Shown piece by piece: positions 26,301 through 37,748 of a stretch of 64,000 nt of DNA (the first letter of the stretch is position 1; each line of letters begins with the position of its first letter). The notes below the pieces were generated by a model that saw only the letters and a program-made list of their open reading frames with translations, searched no databases and was not told where the DNA came from. The stretch covers positions 4,716,421 through 4,780,420 of the forward strand of contig CM119271.1 of NCBI GenBank assembly GCA_051294375.1, given 5' to 3'. Origin of the DNA: Paraspadella gotoi (lineage: Eukaryota; Animalia; Chaetognatha). The position numbers and the translations under genes were made by a program.

Positions 26301-29300
26301 TGCCGCGCCGGCGTCGCCAACCGAAGATGCGACGAGTGTCTGCCGCATCATTACGGGTTTTCGGAGGAAGGTTGCGGCGCTTGCAGCTGCCACCCGGAAG
26401 GCTCTACCTCGCTGCAGTGCGACGAGACGGGACAGTGCCCTTGCAGGCGAGATACTGTAGTTATTGTTATAGTTATAGTTTCCCTCGGACCTTCTAAATC
26501 TTTTCCCATAATTCTCTCATCCAGGCCCAACGTTGAAGGCCTCTTCTGCGACCGGTGTCGCGAAAACATGTTCGACCTGAGCGCCGGATGCATGCCCTGC
26601 CCCGCTTGTTACGGCCTCGTGCAGCGCCGAGTCGCGCAGCATCGCAAGTCGATGGCCGCCTTGCACGTCCTTTTGAAGCAGGCGTCCGGGGAAAACTTTA
26701 GGTAAGAGTTTTTAGTTTAATTCAAAAATTGGTCTAGTTTACCAGTTTTTATTCTGCGCTCTAGCCTAAACGATACGGAGTTTGAGTCCCTGCTGCATGA
26801 CGTCCAGTCGCGAGTAGAAAATCTACACGAAGTCGCCGAAGAAATTCTAGACGCGGACGGACCAAGTGACAACGACGTCGCAAGGCTCAGGGTAAGGAAG
26901 TTTTGAAAAGTTGGATGTCGCGGCTAATATATTTCACCGTTTGTTTGCGAATTAGCCAAATATTAAAATATGAATATTACAATTCGTTCAGATGGTGGTC
27001 ATTGATTTTCTTCGTTCTCTTGCAGCAACTAAAAGATGACGTCGCCGATTTAGTGGCGCAGACCGAAGCCATAAACTTGGCCGACGCCGAAGCGGACGGT
27101 CACCGCAACGTCTCGCTGGACAGGATCACCGACGCCGTTCTGTTGGTCGATTCCATCAACGAGCTCCTCGAAAACCTCACCATTCTCATGGACAGCGATG
27201 GTAAGGAGAGCGGGAAGTTTAAGAATTACATCTATATATAATAATAATTATTTATCTATATTCTATAATGTTACGTTATTTTATTGCGGTTCAAGGTGAA
27301 ACTTTCAGAGTTTACCTGTCGTTTTTTAGATGTAAGACTCACTATAAAAATTTATATCTGAAAAACCATATTTGTTCCTAACTGACGAAAAATACTATTA
27401 ACGTTGTCAGGATTTTTCTATTCAAATAAGACTATAATGAAGTTAAAATTATAAATAACATCGAATGCTCAATTGCTCATTGTTCAATAGTTAATTGTTT
27501 TATTTTTTCATTTTTTCAATACAAGGCAAAGAGACATTGGAAATGGCGGAGCAGGAACTTTCCAAATACAGCGAAGAGTCTGAGGAGATGATGAAGATGA
27601 CGAAGGAGGCTCGAGCGCTGGCGACCAGAATCTCTGATGAAGCGGACACAATCGTGGGGAACGCAGAGTCCGCGAGAAACAAGTCCAACGTGAGCGTGAT
27701 TTGGATTGCCATTGTCAGAGGAAATTTCATATGTAGTAAAAGTTAAATCTACAAAGTTTTTAGTTTACCCGCGCCGCGAGTACTCGCGGAGCAACTCGCG
27801 GAGTATAAGATCGCTCGGTATGTTTGGCTGTCTGTCCGTCAGGAACTGTCTGTTTTAAATGCTCATAACTCGTGTAATACTGATTGGTAAGATTGGTAAG
27901 GTATCAATAAATGCTTCTTCTGCCTTTAGTTCATATTTCAAAATTCAGAATGTACCGTGATCAGAAAAACGCGGCATAGTTCGTGTAATACTTCACAAAT
28001 TATTTGAAGGCAAATTACTACATTATGCAAATTAATATTCAAAAAATAACAATACTCAATTATCAGTGACAACTTTCTCTCCAGCTCGCCCACGATCTCT
28101 TCCAAGAGGCTTACTCCAGCGGCGAGCGAGTCTCGGCCGACCTCGATCGGCTTCGCGAGGATATCCGCAGCCTCGACGCTGACCTCGCCGATTCCGCAGC
28201 CGACGCCGAAGAGCAGTTCCGCCGCTGCGAAAAGACCCTCAGCGATGCCCAGCGGCTGAAGCAAGCAGCTACGGAGGCCACAGTCCCCTACGTGGATAAA
28301 GAGCTTGTCCTACAAAAGGCGGCGTCCGTCGCCGAAGACGCCGCCAAAGTAGAAGAGGTCGCTGGGAGGCAGATCGAGCAGCAGCAGGTGAGATGGCTGA
28401 CCTACTGTATTGTTGTTTCTTATATAAGCTATGACCTGAAGATGCCGTTCAGTATGCATAATTGCATATTATCTTATGCTGTTACTAGTAATATTTTAAT
28501 TTTGAAGTGTAAATTCCGTTAACATTTTGGAAAAAATAATAATATACAATTATCTACCTCGTCAATTGCGCTGTCGAAGGTTTGAACAATAAAACCGAAA
28601 CGTGTCCGATTTTAATTTGTAACTCGTTGTTAAATACAAATAAAACTCTGCAACTTTGTAAACTAATTATATACCTAAAAATATGAACCCAAAAAACCCG
28701 CTATTTTATCCCGCCACCATCCCTCCACCCCCCCCACCTTTCGCTTCCAGGAAATGCTCTCCATAGTCTCCAAGGCTGTCGCCGAGGGCGAGGAACTCCT
28801 CGAGGAGACTCAGAACGAGCAGCGCCGTCTCGACGAACTCATGGCCGATGCGGACCGACACAAGCAGACCGCCAGTGCCGCCGCAACGGCCGCCAAAGAC
28901 ATCGTCGATGAAGCGGAGCAGACCTTGGAAACGCTGCGCAATTTTGATCGCGAGGTGGAAAACAACAAGGACGACGCCGACGCCGCTGTCGGACTCTTTC
29001 CCGAGATCGAGCGGATCGTCGACGAAGCGGCGGTGGTGACGGACCGGGTCGTCGAAGGTGGCGAGATGTCCGCCGCCGAGGCTAATGCCACCGCGGCTGC
29101 GGAGGCGTTGGAGGAGGCGCGCCGATTGGCGTCAGAAGCCGGAAACGATACCGAAGCGTTGGAAGAGTTGGCCCGGAAGGCGGAAGCGGCTGCTGTGGAA
29201 GCGGAGGAGCTGCTGCAACGGGTCGGAGCGAACGAGACGGCGTTGGAGGTAAGGAAAAAGGTTGTTGGCAAGACGATTCAAAATGATTTTAAGTGTAATT

Positions 29301-29939
29301 GTAATTTAAGTTGCGACATAGGACGCCTGTAACAATTTAACATAAATATTAAATAATATTTTTATATGACAACCGGAAAAGTTTATCTATCTTTCAAACA
29401 TTTTTATTCATAATTAGGAGCTGGAGAACTCTACGATCGGATTCGCGGAGAAGGCGGAAGAGGCGCTGCGGGTCGCCGAGGAGGCAGGGTCGACAGAGGA
29501 GGACGGGAGGAGGAAGGCGGAAGGCGTGATGAGGATGTTAGAGAGACTCTTGAAAGAGATCGAAGGGTTGGACGTGGAAGTGAATCAAACAGTGCTGCGC
29601 AAAGTGAGCAAGAAGTTGGACGAGGCGGAGAAGGGGATCGAAGACGCGGGTAAGTAAAATTATTTCCATAATTGTAGCTTCAGAATAAAAACTAAAAGAG
29701 GACTCGGTTCAATGAGTTAAAAAGTTAAACAAAAATCATTCATATACAACTCTTCCTCCCAACAAGGGCTGGCTGCGACTCTTGCGCAGATCCAAGCCGG
29801 CGCCAAACAACAGGAGGCGTGGATCCTCGAGTACAGCAACGTCGCCGAGGAATTGGAGAAGGAAGTGCGCAACATCGAGGATATTCATCGCGCGTTGCCG
29901 CGGGACTGTCAAAACTCCAACAGGCAGATCGAGAGGTGA
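13398..29939 (+). CDS. LAMC1: Laminin subunit gamma (gamma-1-like), ~25 exons; 1-nt frameshift in exon 2 as assembled
   Basis: Exons 13398-13935, 16531-16654, 17571-17667, 17911-18103, 18484-18619, 22211-22355, 22652-22840, 23050-23173, 23315-23500, 23834-23966, 24089-24233, 24356-24521, 24858-25059, 25143-25473, 25620-25861, 25958-26141, 26257-26446, 26525-26701, 26765-26891, 27026-27200, ~27526-27688, 28085-28387, 28751-29248, 29419-29649, 29767-29939. LN domain ([62 protein letters not shown]), LE repeats, L4 domain, nidogen-site [10 protein letters not shown], long coiled coil, and gamma-type tail [14 protein letters not shown]. Confidence 0.95.
16884..17491. mobile_element. Tc1/mariner-type MITE (608 bp) in laminin intron 2
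   Basis: TA|CACTGCGGCGCAAAAAAAAAGACACTT ... AAGTGTCTTCTTTTTTTTTGAGCAGCAGTG|TA: ~27-30 bp TIRs, TA target duplication, AT-rich non-coding interior. Confidence 0.85.
20316..20358. repeat. (GA)n microsatellite in laminin intron 5
   Basis: Directly visible. Confidence 0.95.
23711..23795 (+). repeat. Dispersed ~90-bp intronic repeat, copy 1
   Basis: CACCAAAGCCTGTCC...AAGTCA...TATTTATTAAATGAATG.ATAAT...ATTGGTTGTA.CA.TTTC, shared with 41245-41330, 54169-54228 and 54707-54795. Confidence 0.75.
27757..27850 (+). mobile_element. Helentron/DINE-1-like non-autonomous element end in a laminin intron
   Basis: T-run, TAGTT, palindrome CCGCGAGTACTCGCGG (27774-27789), CAACTC, then GTCTGTCCGTC microsatellite seed; related copy at ~46140-46228. 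Confidence 0.55.
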
Positions 29940-31229
29940 GGTGGACGAGAAAGGGAAATGAGGATCAGCTTTTGAGTTTTACGTAAATGAATTGAGTCTT
30001 AAGGTCAAGGATGTTCCGACAAAGGAAAGAGTGGAAAAGACTTAATATGATAATCAATGAGTAGAAACGCCCGCTTTTTTGCGAAATATAAAAAAAATAC
30101 AAAATTTTCCGACGCAAGAGTCGCCGTCTCTTGCTTTTTCCCTTCGCTCAAAGCCGAGGGCCACTTCGTCACGCATTTTCCGACGTCACGTGATCGCCGA
30201 TAATTTATCACGTGACGTCGGTCCGCGACGATTTATATCCGTCACGTGATTCGCTATCGTTCCGTCGTTAAAAAAAAAGGCCTCCGCGAGACTCGAGGTC
30301 GTGTCAGATCGTCGATGCGCGATAAAATGCTTCGCGGCGATCGAGACAAATTGACGGGGCATTGGAGGGAGAAAGTGGGATCAAGGCAAGAGAGAGAGGT
30401 TTTCTCCAATAGGAAGTTAAACTATCATCGATTTAAAAATGGATGAGATTTTGGGAATGATAGGGGCAATTGAGCATTTTGTGATAAAGGTCTGGTATCG
30501 AACGAATTTTTAGACAAAAATCGTTCGGTTTTCTTTTAACCATCTTTTCTCTCTGCTCTTTTTTTGAAACAATCACCAGACTTGGGATTTTTTTGTTTTT
30601 TTAATTTGGTGGTCGGTGGAAAAAACCAGGGACGCGAAAAGGATTTTCTTTAGAAATTTAAGACGGTGGTTTTGAGTTACACTTTCCCAAGGGCCATTTT
30701 GTTTTTAAATTAAATTACTGTATAATTCGATGTTTTTTTATAGCAAAGAAAATTTATATTTTTAGTGAAAGCGAAACCCTGCGACAAAGAGCGCGGCGCG
30801 GACGACGACGAAGAAAGAACAAAGTGCAGTAAAATAATCCTTAAAGGGCGTCATCCTCATGAACTCGATATTTCATTACTTTTTCACATAGAAAATTGTT
30901 TTTTTTTCACGATCCACGAATATGTAAACTTTGTACAGCCATTTACTCGAACCTAGAGTAGATTTTTTAATGCCTCGATAATAGCCTTCGTGTTTAGCTC
31001 AATCGTCTTTGTTAATTGTTGATACTATGAGTGTATTACTATTAGGTTTAACATTGTTAATTTTTGTACATCGGAAGAAGTTTCGAATAGGTCTTCCATT
31101 TTAAATAAATGTATTTGGTTATATATTTTTAAAGTGTATCATTTATTCTTGAGCCACGCTAATTGAAGATTTTTAACAGTTAAACGAGATATCACTAATG
31201 AATGTTATCTTAGGCGATAAAGGTTAACT

Positions 31230-31941
31230 TATGGCAACGGGAGGATAGCCTGTGATACCGGGGGCGCGGGGTATCTCACCAACTGGCGTAGGGCTGCGGA
31301 CCCTCAGTGACCGCCTCCTGTCACTGGCATGTTTATACCGGCACCGTCACATTTAAGCCAGAACCGGGATACCCAGGGATTGAACCCGGACGCACGGATG
31401 GAATGAGATGATTTAACCTGCTCAGCCATTGAGACGAGGCTGAGGAGACAGCAGTGAGGCAGCTTTAAGTCTTGCTGCCACAGGATCCCCCACCAGACTT
31501 CTCCACAGGGGCCTCAATCCTGAGGAGATGTCTGAGAGAAGGTTTTGATCTCATTGCCATAGTGAGGGCGAGCGAGCGAGTCTGGAGCGTTACCAGAGAA
31601 GTAGGGCATAGGCGTGATATGCATACCCTAAGCGATGTAAGCGTGGCGCACGGTGCACAGCGGTTGCGTGTTCGAGAGTAGGGCTCACCACTTATGGCAA
31701 CGGGAGGATAGCCTGTGATACCGCGGGGCATCTCACCAACTGGCGTAGGGCTGCGGACCCTCAGTGACCGCCTCCTGTCACGGCATGTTTATACCGGCAC
31801 CGTCACATTTAAGCCAGAACCGGGATACCCAGGGATTGAACCCGGGACGCACGGATGGAATGAGATGATTTAGCCTGCTCAGCCATTGAGACGAGGCTGA
31901 GGACGGACAGCAGTGAGGCAGCTTTAAGTCTTGCTGCCACA
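31230..31941 (-). mobile_element. TRIM (miniature non-autonomous LTR retrotransposon) with tRNA-like module in each LTR
   Basis: Near-identical direct repeats 31230-31482 and 31693-31941 with inverted ends TGTGGCA...TGCCATA (minus). PBS-like TGGTGAGCCCTAC (31690-31678) follows the 5' LTR, purine tract GGTGGGGGA precedes the 3' LTR, interior is 210 bp non-coding, flanks AACT/AAAT (imperfect 4-bp TSD). Confidence 0.9.
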
Positions 31942-32182
31942 AAATATTAAAAAAAAATAATTTTATACTTTCCAATTGAATTGTATTTATCTATAAAGCC
32001 GGAAGTTTCTGCCTAGCATTATAATTTTCGTTTATTAAAATTCCACAATTTTTTTAAAACTTTATTCAAAATTATTAAAAATTTCAAAACCATAATAAAA
32101 TTTATGGTTTTGAATTTAAAAGTATAAAAATTGAGTTAACAAATTAAACAATAGCAAAAATCAATAGTATTTCATTTTCCTA

Positions 32183-34825
32183 TCAAATCGCGATGCTTCC
32201 CGCCCTGAAGTCCGTCTCTCCTATCAAAGCGTTGACCAGAACGGCTCTTTTCTCCGTCCTCGCCGTCTCGAAAGCGGCCTTCAAGACGGGGCGCACTTCG
32301 GCCGGATTGTCGAGTAGAAAGCCCCGGGCGCCGAAGGCCTCGGCCGCGAGGTGGTAATTTGAGTGTTCGAGGGCGCAGGCGGTGTTTCGACCGAAGATGG
32401 GAACCTGGAGTGATAATTAAAATGGTCAAAGATTTAGAAAGCGCCCTTCGGTCGACAGGCTTCACCCCTCAAACCATCTCACCTGTTCCCTACTAATCTG
32501 CGTCCATCCGGCGTCGTTTCCAACGATAGCGACGACGTCGACGCCGAATCGGCGAAAAGTGTCGAACTCGACGAGAGAGTAGCCGAGTGAGCCGTCGCCG
32601 TAAAGGATCAAGACCTAAAAATGATTTTATGCTTATTAACTAGCGATTTACCACTACATAAATGAACCTTCAAAGCCTATATGCGACTTACCTGTGAATC
32701 GGGCCGAACCATCTTCGCGCCCAAAGCGAAGCCCGCGCCCACGCCAAGAGTTCCGAATGGTCCGGGATCCAACCAGCGAAGAGAGCCTCTCGGCCTGAGG
32801 ATGTAACTCGCTGTGGCGACGAAGTCCCCGCCGTCGGCGACGATCACCGAGTCGTCGGGAAGTTCGTCCTCTAGTTTGTGGAGTAGATGTAACGGATTCA
32901 GGTGGGACGCGGTTGGTCGTTCAGCTGAGTGAAAAAAAAAAAACCAATAAAAATAAGCAAGAATTTCACAATTATAATAAAACCATCTTCAAACCTTTTT
33001 CACGGTTTTCGGAGTCGACAATGCGATCTCGTTCTTTTAACTTCTCCCTCCAAGTGTCGACGCCCTCTATCCGATCTCCCAAAGCTTCTTTCAGCGCCCT
33101 CAGCGTCAATAGCGCGTCCGCGGAAATTCCCACCTGGACGTCGTTTGAAGAAAACGTTTCTCTTTCGTTCATAACTCATTCTCTTTCAATTTTAACGAAC
33201 GTGCGGCTTCCAGAAAATGTAGGCGTTTTTGTAGACGCTCTTGACGTCCCTGTTGACCACGATGACCTTCGTTTTTGGATGAAAAGATCGACCATAGTTT
33301 AATCGAAAGTCGCAAACGCCGCCGAGCAAGACGACGACGTCAGCTTCTCTGGAAAAGTGACAAGAGTGACGTTAGACTCCTCGATCAAATAAAAAAATCT
33401 TTAGGGAGTCGAGCCTACCTTAGCGCGTCCCTCCTTTTATGCCGCAATAAAATTTCCGAGTCGCGGCCCAAAATTCCTCGAGCCATCCCGGACAAGTAGC
33501 AAGGAATCCCGAGAGTTTGCAACATCCGGCGCACCTCATCCGGATCCTCCAGGACCGCTTGACTGCCGACGAGGAAGAGCGGCGCCTTTGCGGCAGAGAG
33601 GGCGGACGCCGCGGTGGCGATTTTGCTTGGCGGGGGCGGCGGTAGCTTCGCGGGAAGGGGCGAAGAGTTGCGTTCGTCAAAGGCTCCGGCGAAGAGGTTA
33701 TTCGAGTAACTTGGTGAGGGGGGTGCGATTTCTTAAAGATCGTCAGGTGTCATACATTGTCGCATCAAAACCGTTTAAGTAAAATGAAATCAAATTGCTA
33801 ATTTCAACCACAGCTTTGATTTTCACCTGCGGAGATACATCTCCATCCCATTCTGCACTAAAGATTTGTTCCCGGCTTTCGAAGACATGCTTCCTAACTC
33901 TTTCTCCACGAAGGAGGCAGGATAAAGAGTGTCTACGGGAAGTTCAATGAAGACGGGGCCGGGCGTTCCCGTTCGAGCCACCTTTAAAGAAAGTTTGGGA
34001 ATGGCGGGTAAGGAAAAATATTTTCAGTTTAACGTAAAATATTGTTCCGTGGTCACACAAGATGCTCGTCTCCACCTGCATTGCTTTTCTCAGAGTGGGA
34101 ACGATATCTCGAACTCGCTTCACCGAACTCTGCCATTTGCAGACCGTATTGAAGAGGTTTTTCTGGTCAATATCCTGCAACGCCCCGCGACCTTTTAGAA
34201 GCGTCGCCGTGGCGCCGCCGAGCAGCAGCAACGGCGTTTCCGCCATCAGCGCATTTTTGGCGGCGGTGATGGCGTTCGTGAGACCCGGACCGGCGGTTAC
34301 GGCGGCCACGCCCACTGAACCTAAAGATAAGAGCCTTTAACTTACCCCAATATTTAATCTTAGTATCTTCAGTTACTTTTCCCACCTGGTCGCAAACGGG
34401 CGGCAGCGTCGGCAGCGAAAACTGCGGAAACTTCGTGACGGCAGTCGACAACTCGAATGCCGATATTTTCTGCTTCAACCAGCAACGGGGAAATGTGTCC
34501 TCCGACCTGAAGTTTGACAATTGGGCGCAATAATAGGATACTATAAAAAGTATAAAATTTAAAAAACTACAGTAAAAGTTAATCGGATTCTTATCGTCGT
34601 ATCGGAAATCAATACATCCTCACAATCTGATTTTCAACCTTCCTCAAAATACTCCCTCACCAATGTGAATATATGACGAACATCGTGATCCCTTAGCACT
34701 TGGGCGACCAATTGCCCACCGTGAGGCTCAGTTGTGGTTGACGCCCACCTGGTCGTGGCGCTGCGCCAACAACAGCTTAGAGATGAGAGCAACCCACGAG
34801 GATGACTTTTCAGACAACCGTTCAT
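32183..34825 (-). CDS. ILVBL: Acetolactate-synthase-like protein / 2-hydroxyacyl-CoA lyase 2 (ThDP enzyme), multi-exon
   Basis: [19 protein letters not shown]...[63 protein letters not shown], ThDP motif GDGSLGYS...GND, C-terminus [19 protein letters not shown]. Confidence 0.93.
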
Positions 34826-35098
34826 AGTGGCAAGAACATAGTTTAATCTCATCAAGTATTAATAATAAAAATACAACGCTAAAATAAACATTCAATTCGT
34901 ATGAACGAAAAAATTGACGTTTAGTAAAGATTCGCAGAAATAACAAAAAAACAAATGCCCAGGGAAAAATAAAAGGGAGTGAATCAGAAAAACCCTCTAA
35001 AAACGTACACGCCCCTTAGGGCATATTCTAAAATAAATAAAATTTAATTATAGAATCAGATTCAAAACAAAGAGTATTCACCTCAATCATGAATAACT

Positions 35099-36922
35099 TC
35101 AACAGTCGTCGACATCGTCGTTGTCGAGGTGAATAACCTCGGCTTCCCGCTTTTCGGCGACGACGACAACGTCGTCGTCGCTTTCGTAACCGAAGAACAT
35201 TTCGTCGTAGAGTCGATCTTCGGCTGAGACGCCGGTTTCGGGGTCGTCGACCCCGACGTTTCGCTTCCGCGTAAGAGACGGTCTCGGCGTTGAAGCGGCG
35301 TCGTCGACGATAATTCCGGGCGAGGAGAGATCCTCGCGCGAAGGGGAGGATCGACGAGGCGGGGACGTGGACGATCGGGAAGACTTGGACGGAGACCCCG
35401 TGGAAAACCGCGGAGACGGCGGGAAAATCTCGCCTATGAACTGGATGTCGTCATCATCATCATCGTCGTCTTCCTCGGAAACGATGACCTCGGAACCGTC
35501 ATTGTCGTAAGATGGCCTCGTTTCTCCTTGATGGCGTTCATTTTCGTCTCTGGATATCCTCACATTTTCGTCGCCAGGGGGTGGAGGTTCGACGGATTCG
35601 TCTACAGTTCGTCGACGGATAGATCCCAAAATTGTCTTCAAGTTTTCCAGGTTGACTCGGCTATCAGCAGGAGAACTCTCTGACGGGGGAAGTCGAATCA
35701 CGCGGGGACCCGAATTAGGCTCGGGCGTGTCGTTGTGGTTGTTGTCCTCGTATCGCGGTAGTTTAGAGTCGAAAATATTGATTGCCTTCTCTTTCCGTTT
35801 GATCGCTACTCGAACTGCGGAGTTTTGCATAGTCGATTTTATTTCGGTCGTTTCCCTCATATTGTTTCGCTCTGAGCGTTCACCAATGCTTTTCGAAAGT
35901 TCACTGATGCCTAAAAGTTGCTCGACAGGGAAGAGAGCAACGCCTGAAGAATCGTTGGAAGATTTTGACGCGTTCGTTATAGATCTATTGACAGACTTCA
36001 ACATTGTTTGAAAGTTTGTAAGATCGATAGAGTTCGTCTTTTGCTGGCTAGAAAAACCGATGGAATCATCACCAAGGTCGTTTGTCTGTTTTTCGACTAA
36101 ATCAGTGGATGAAATTTGCATATCCGGGGCCGTTCCGCGGAGATCTTCTACTGCTGAACATTCTTCCGTCACACTTTTAGATTCAAGTTCTCCTTTACCC
36201 GCTTCTTTCTCGTCTTCCAATACTTTCCTTTCCTCTTTCTCCACCACTCTTTCGCTTTCTTCGTCATTCCTCCTTTTCTTATTCTCCTCTTCTCCTTCCT
36301 CCATCCCGATCCTTTCCTCCCCGCACCAAAACCTTCTCTCCCCGTCCTCGACCAAGAGAAACGCGACTCCGCCCAATTCTCGACAGAGGCTCTTGACGAC
36401 GGTGGCGAGAGATCGAAAGCCGATGGGGATGTCGTTCGCCCTCGCGGCCGCGGTTCTCGACGCCAGGATTTTCTCCTGCTCGGGGGTCAGGCCGAGACAG
36501 GGGATCATACGAGTTGTTGTTGTATCAGCGTTGTAATCGAAAGCCGTTTGGTCAAAGCATGGCTTACTCGTTGGTTCGCTTTCCTTTTCAAGGGAAGTCT
36601 CGTTATCTTTCGTAGATTCGTCCTCAGCGTCTGAACCCAAGCTTTCCTCTTTCGCTTTTGGATCAAAGTCTTCATTTATGTCTACACTTACTTCTAATTT
36701 TTCTTCCCTTTTCTCTACCTTTTCTTTTCCTCCATCTTCTTCCTCTACCAACCTCACTCCCCCGCAGTCCACCCCACCGTCGACGAGGAACTTGGTCCTC
36801 GTGGCGCCGGTCGCGGCCCAGCGGCGTCGTCCGGTGCCCGTTTTGTGAATGAGTAGGAAAGTGAAGCCGAAAGAAGAGGCGAGGGATTTAATTTTGGTGG
36901 AAGTCGCCACGAAAACGTCCAT
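35099..36922 (-). CDS. Uncharacterised 607-aa intronless acidic, largely disordered protein with C-terminal SIM-like motifs
   Basis: 1.8-kb uninterrupted ORF with ATG and exon-like composition between AT-rich flanks; motifs EVIVSEEDDD, DDDIQFIGE, GIIVDD, DDDVVVVAE, EVIHLDNDD. Confidence 0.8.
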   Translation of the reverse strand: MDVFVATSTKIKSLASSFGFTFLLIHKTGTGRRRWAATGATRTKFLVDGGVDCGGVRLVEEEDGGKEKVEKREEKLEVSVDINEDFDPKAKEESLGSDAEDESTKDNETSLEKESEPTSKPCFDQTAFDYNADTTTTRMIPCLGLTPEQEKILASRTAAARANDIPIGFRSLATVVKSLCRELGGVAFLLVEDGERRFWCGEERIGMEEGEEENKKRRNDEESERVVEKEERKVLEDEKEAGKGELESKSVTEECSAVEDLRGTAPDMQISSTDLVEKQTNDLGDDSIGFSSQQKTNSIDLTNFQTMLKSVNRSITNASKSSNDSSGVALFPVEQLLGISELSKSIGERSERNNMRETTEIKSTMQNSAVRVAIKRKEKAINIFDSKLPRYEDNNHNDTPEPNSGPRVIRLPPSESSPADSRVNLENLKTILGSIRRRTVDESVEPPPPGDENVRISRDENERHQGETRPSYDNDGSEVIVSEEDDDDDDDDIQFIGEIFPPSPRFSTGSPSKSSRSSTSPPRRSSPSREDLSSPGIIVDDAASTPRPSLTRKRNVGVDDPETGVSAEDRLYDEMFFGYESDDDVVVVAEKREAEVIHLDNDDVDDC

Positions 36923-37684
36923 CGCCCGTCTTAGTGACGATCGTTCATGTCTTTATGAAGTTTATTAGACACGCCAGCCTTAACGCCAATTTATCGTTTA
37001 ACACAAGAACCTTAAAAGATAAAATCATGAGAACGAATAAATCATGAAATAAAAACTAAATACGGAGGGATATTCGAGTATATCTAGTATATATTCTTTT
37101 GAGACTCAGGTATGTGTTAAAAACAAATGATATAAATTGATCAGAAACAAGGTTTTCTTTCCCTTTTTTTTTTAATAAAATAGGGAGCGAGAGGTAGTTA
37201 GGGGACGGATTTGAAAACAGGATGAGTCGGTCCCATATTACCTCGCCTCGTGCTAAGCATGTAAAGACTACAGAGCTTATTTTTTTCGGTCTCGAAATAT
37301 ATCCGATCGAAATAAAACTGGTATTTTTCCCCCTTTTTTTGTAAATAAAATTGACGGCGACGGGACAACGAATACTAAGGGCGAAAGTGATTTAAAAACT
37401 GATATGAACGGAACGTAATTTTGGAATCGTGTAACAAAAACCGAAAAGATGTCCTTTGATCGTTGACAAACTGACAACTAAATCTCGTATGGGTTAATGG
37501 GCAAAAATAAACGCGATTAAAAAAAAAAGTTGATGATCTAAGAAGAGCGATCATCACAAAATAAACTCAATGCTATATGAGGAGATTGAAATGATATAAT
37601 TGGCTCTTATAATGAAAATAACGTCTTTAGGTATGCTTGCCTCTTACTCGCACTGTACAAAATATCGAAAACAAACAACGCGCT

Positions 37685-37748
37685 AAAACTAATTGGAATA
37701 AAAATATATAGGTTAAAAAACTAATTGGAATAAAAATATATAGGTTAA
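37685..37748. repeat. 32-bp perfect tandem duplication
   Basis: AAAACTAATTGGAATAAAAATATATAGGTTAA x2. Confidence 0.9.

Noticed and set aside
29920-29939. Loss of the integrin-binding Glu in the laminin gamma tail
   Set aside because: Glu is present (IER*); a penultimate position is, as recalled, also seen in invertebrate gamma chains.
31366-31435. Functional tRNA gene
   Set aside because: A/B boxes and T-arm are present, but no convincing anticodon arm or acceptor stem, and it is duplicated as part of LTRs.
32172-32465. Apparent frameshift at the ILVBL C-terminus
   Set aside because: The listed ORF is the wrong frame; the spliced frame reads intact to ...DFRAGSIAI* at 32183.
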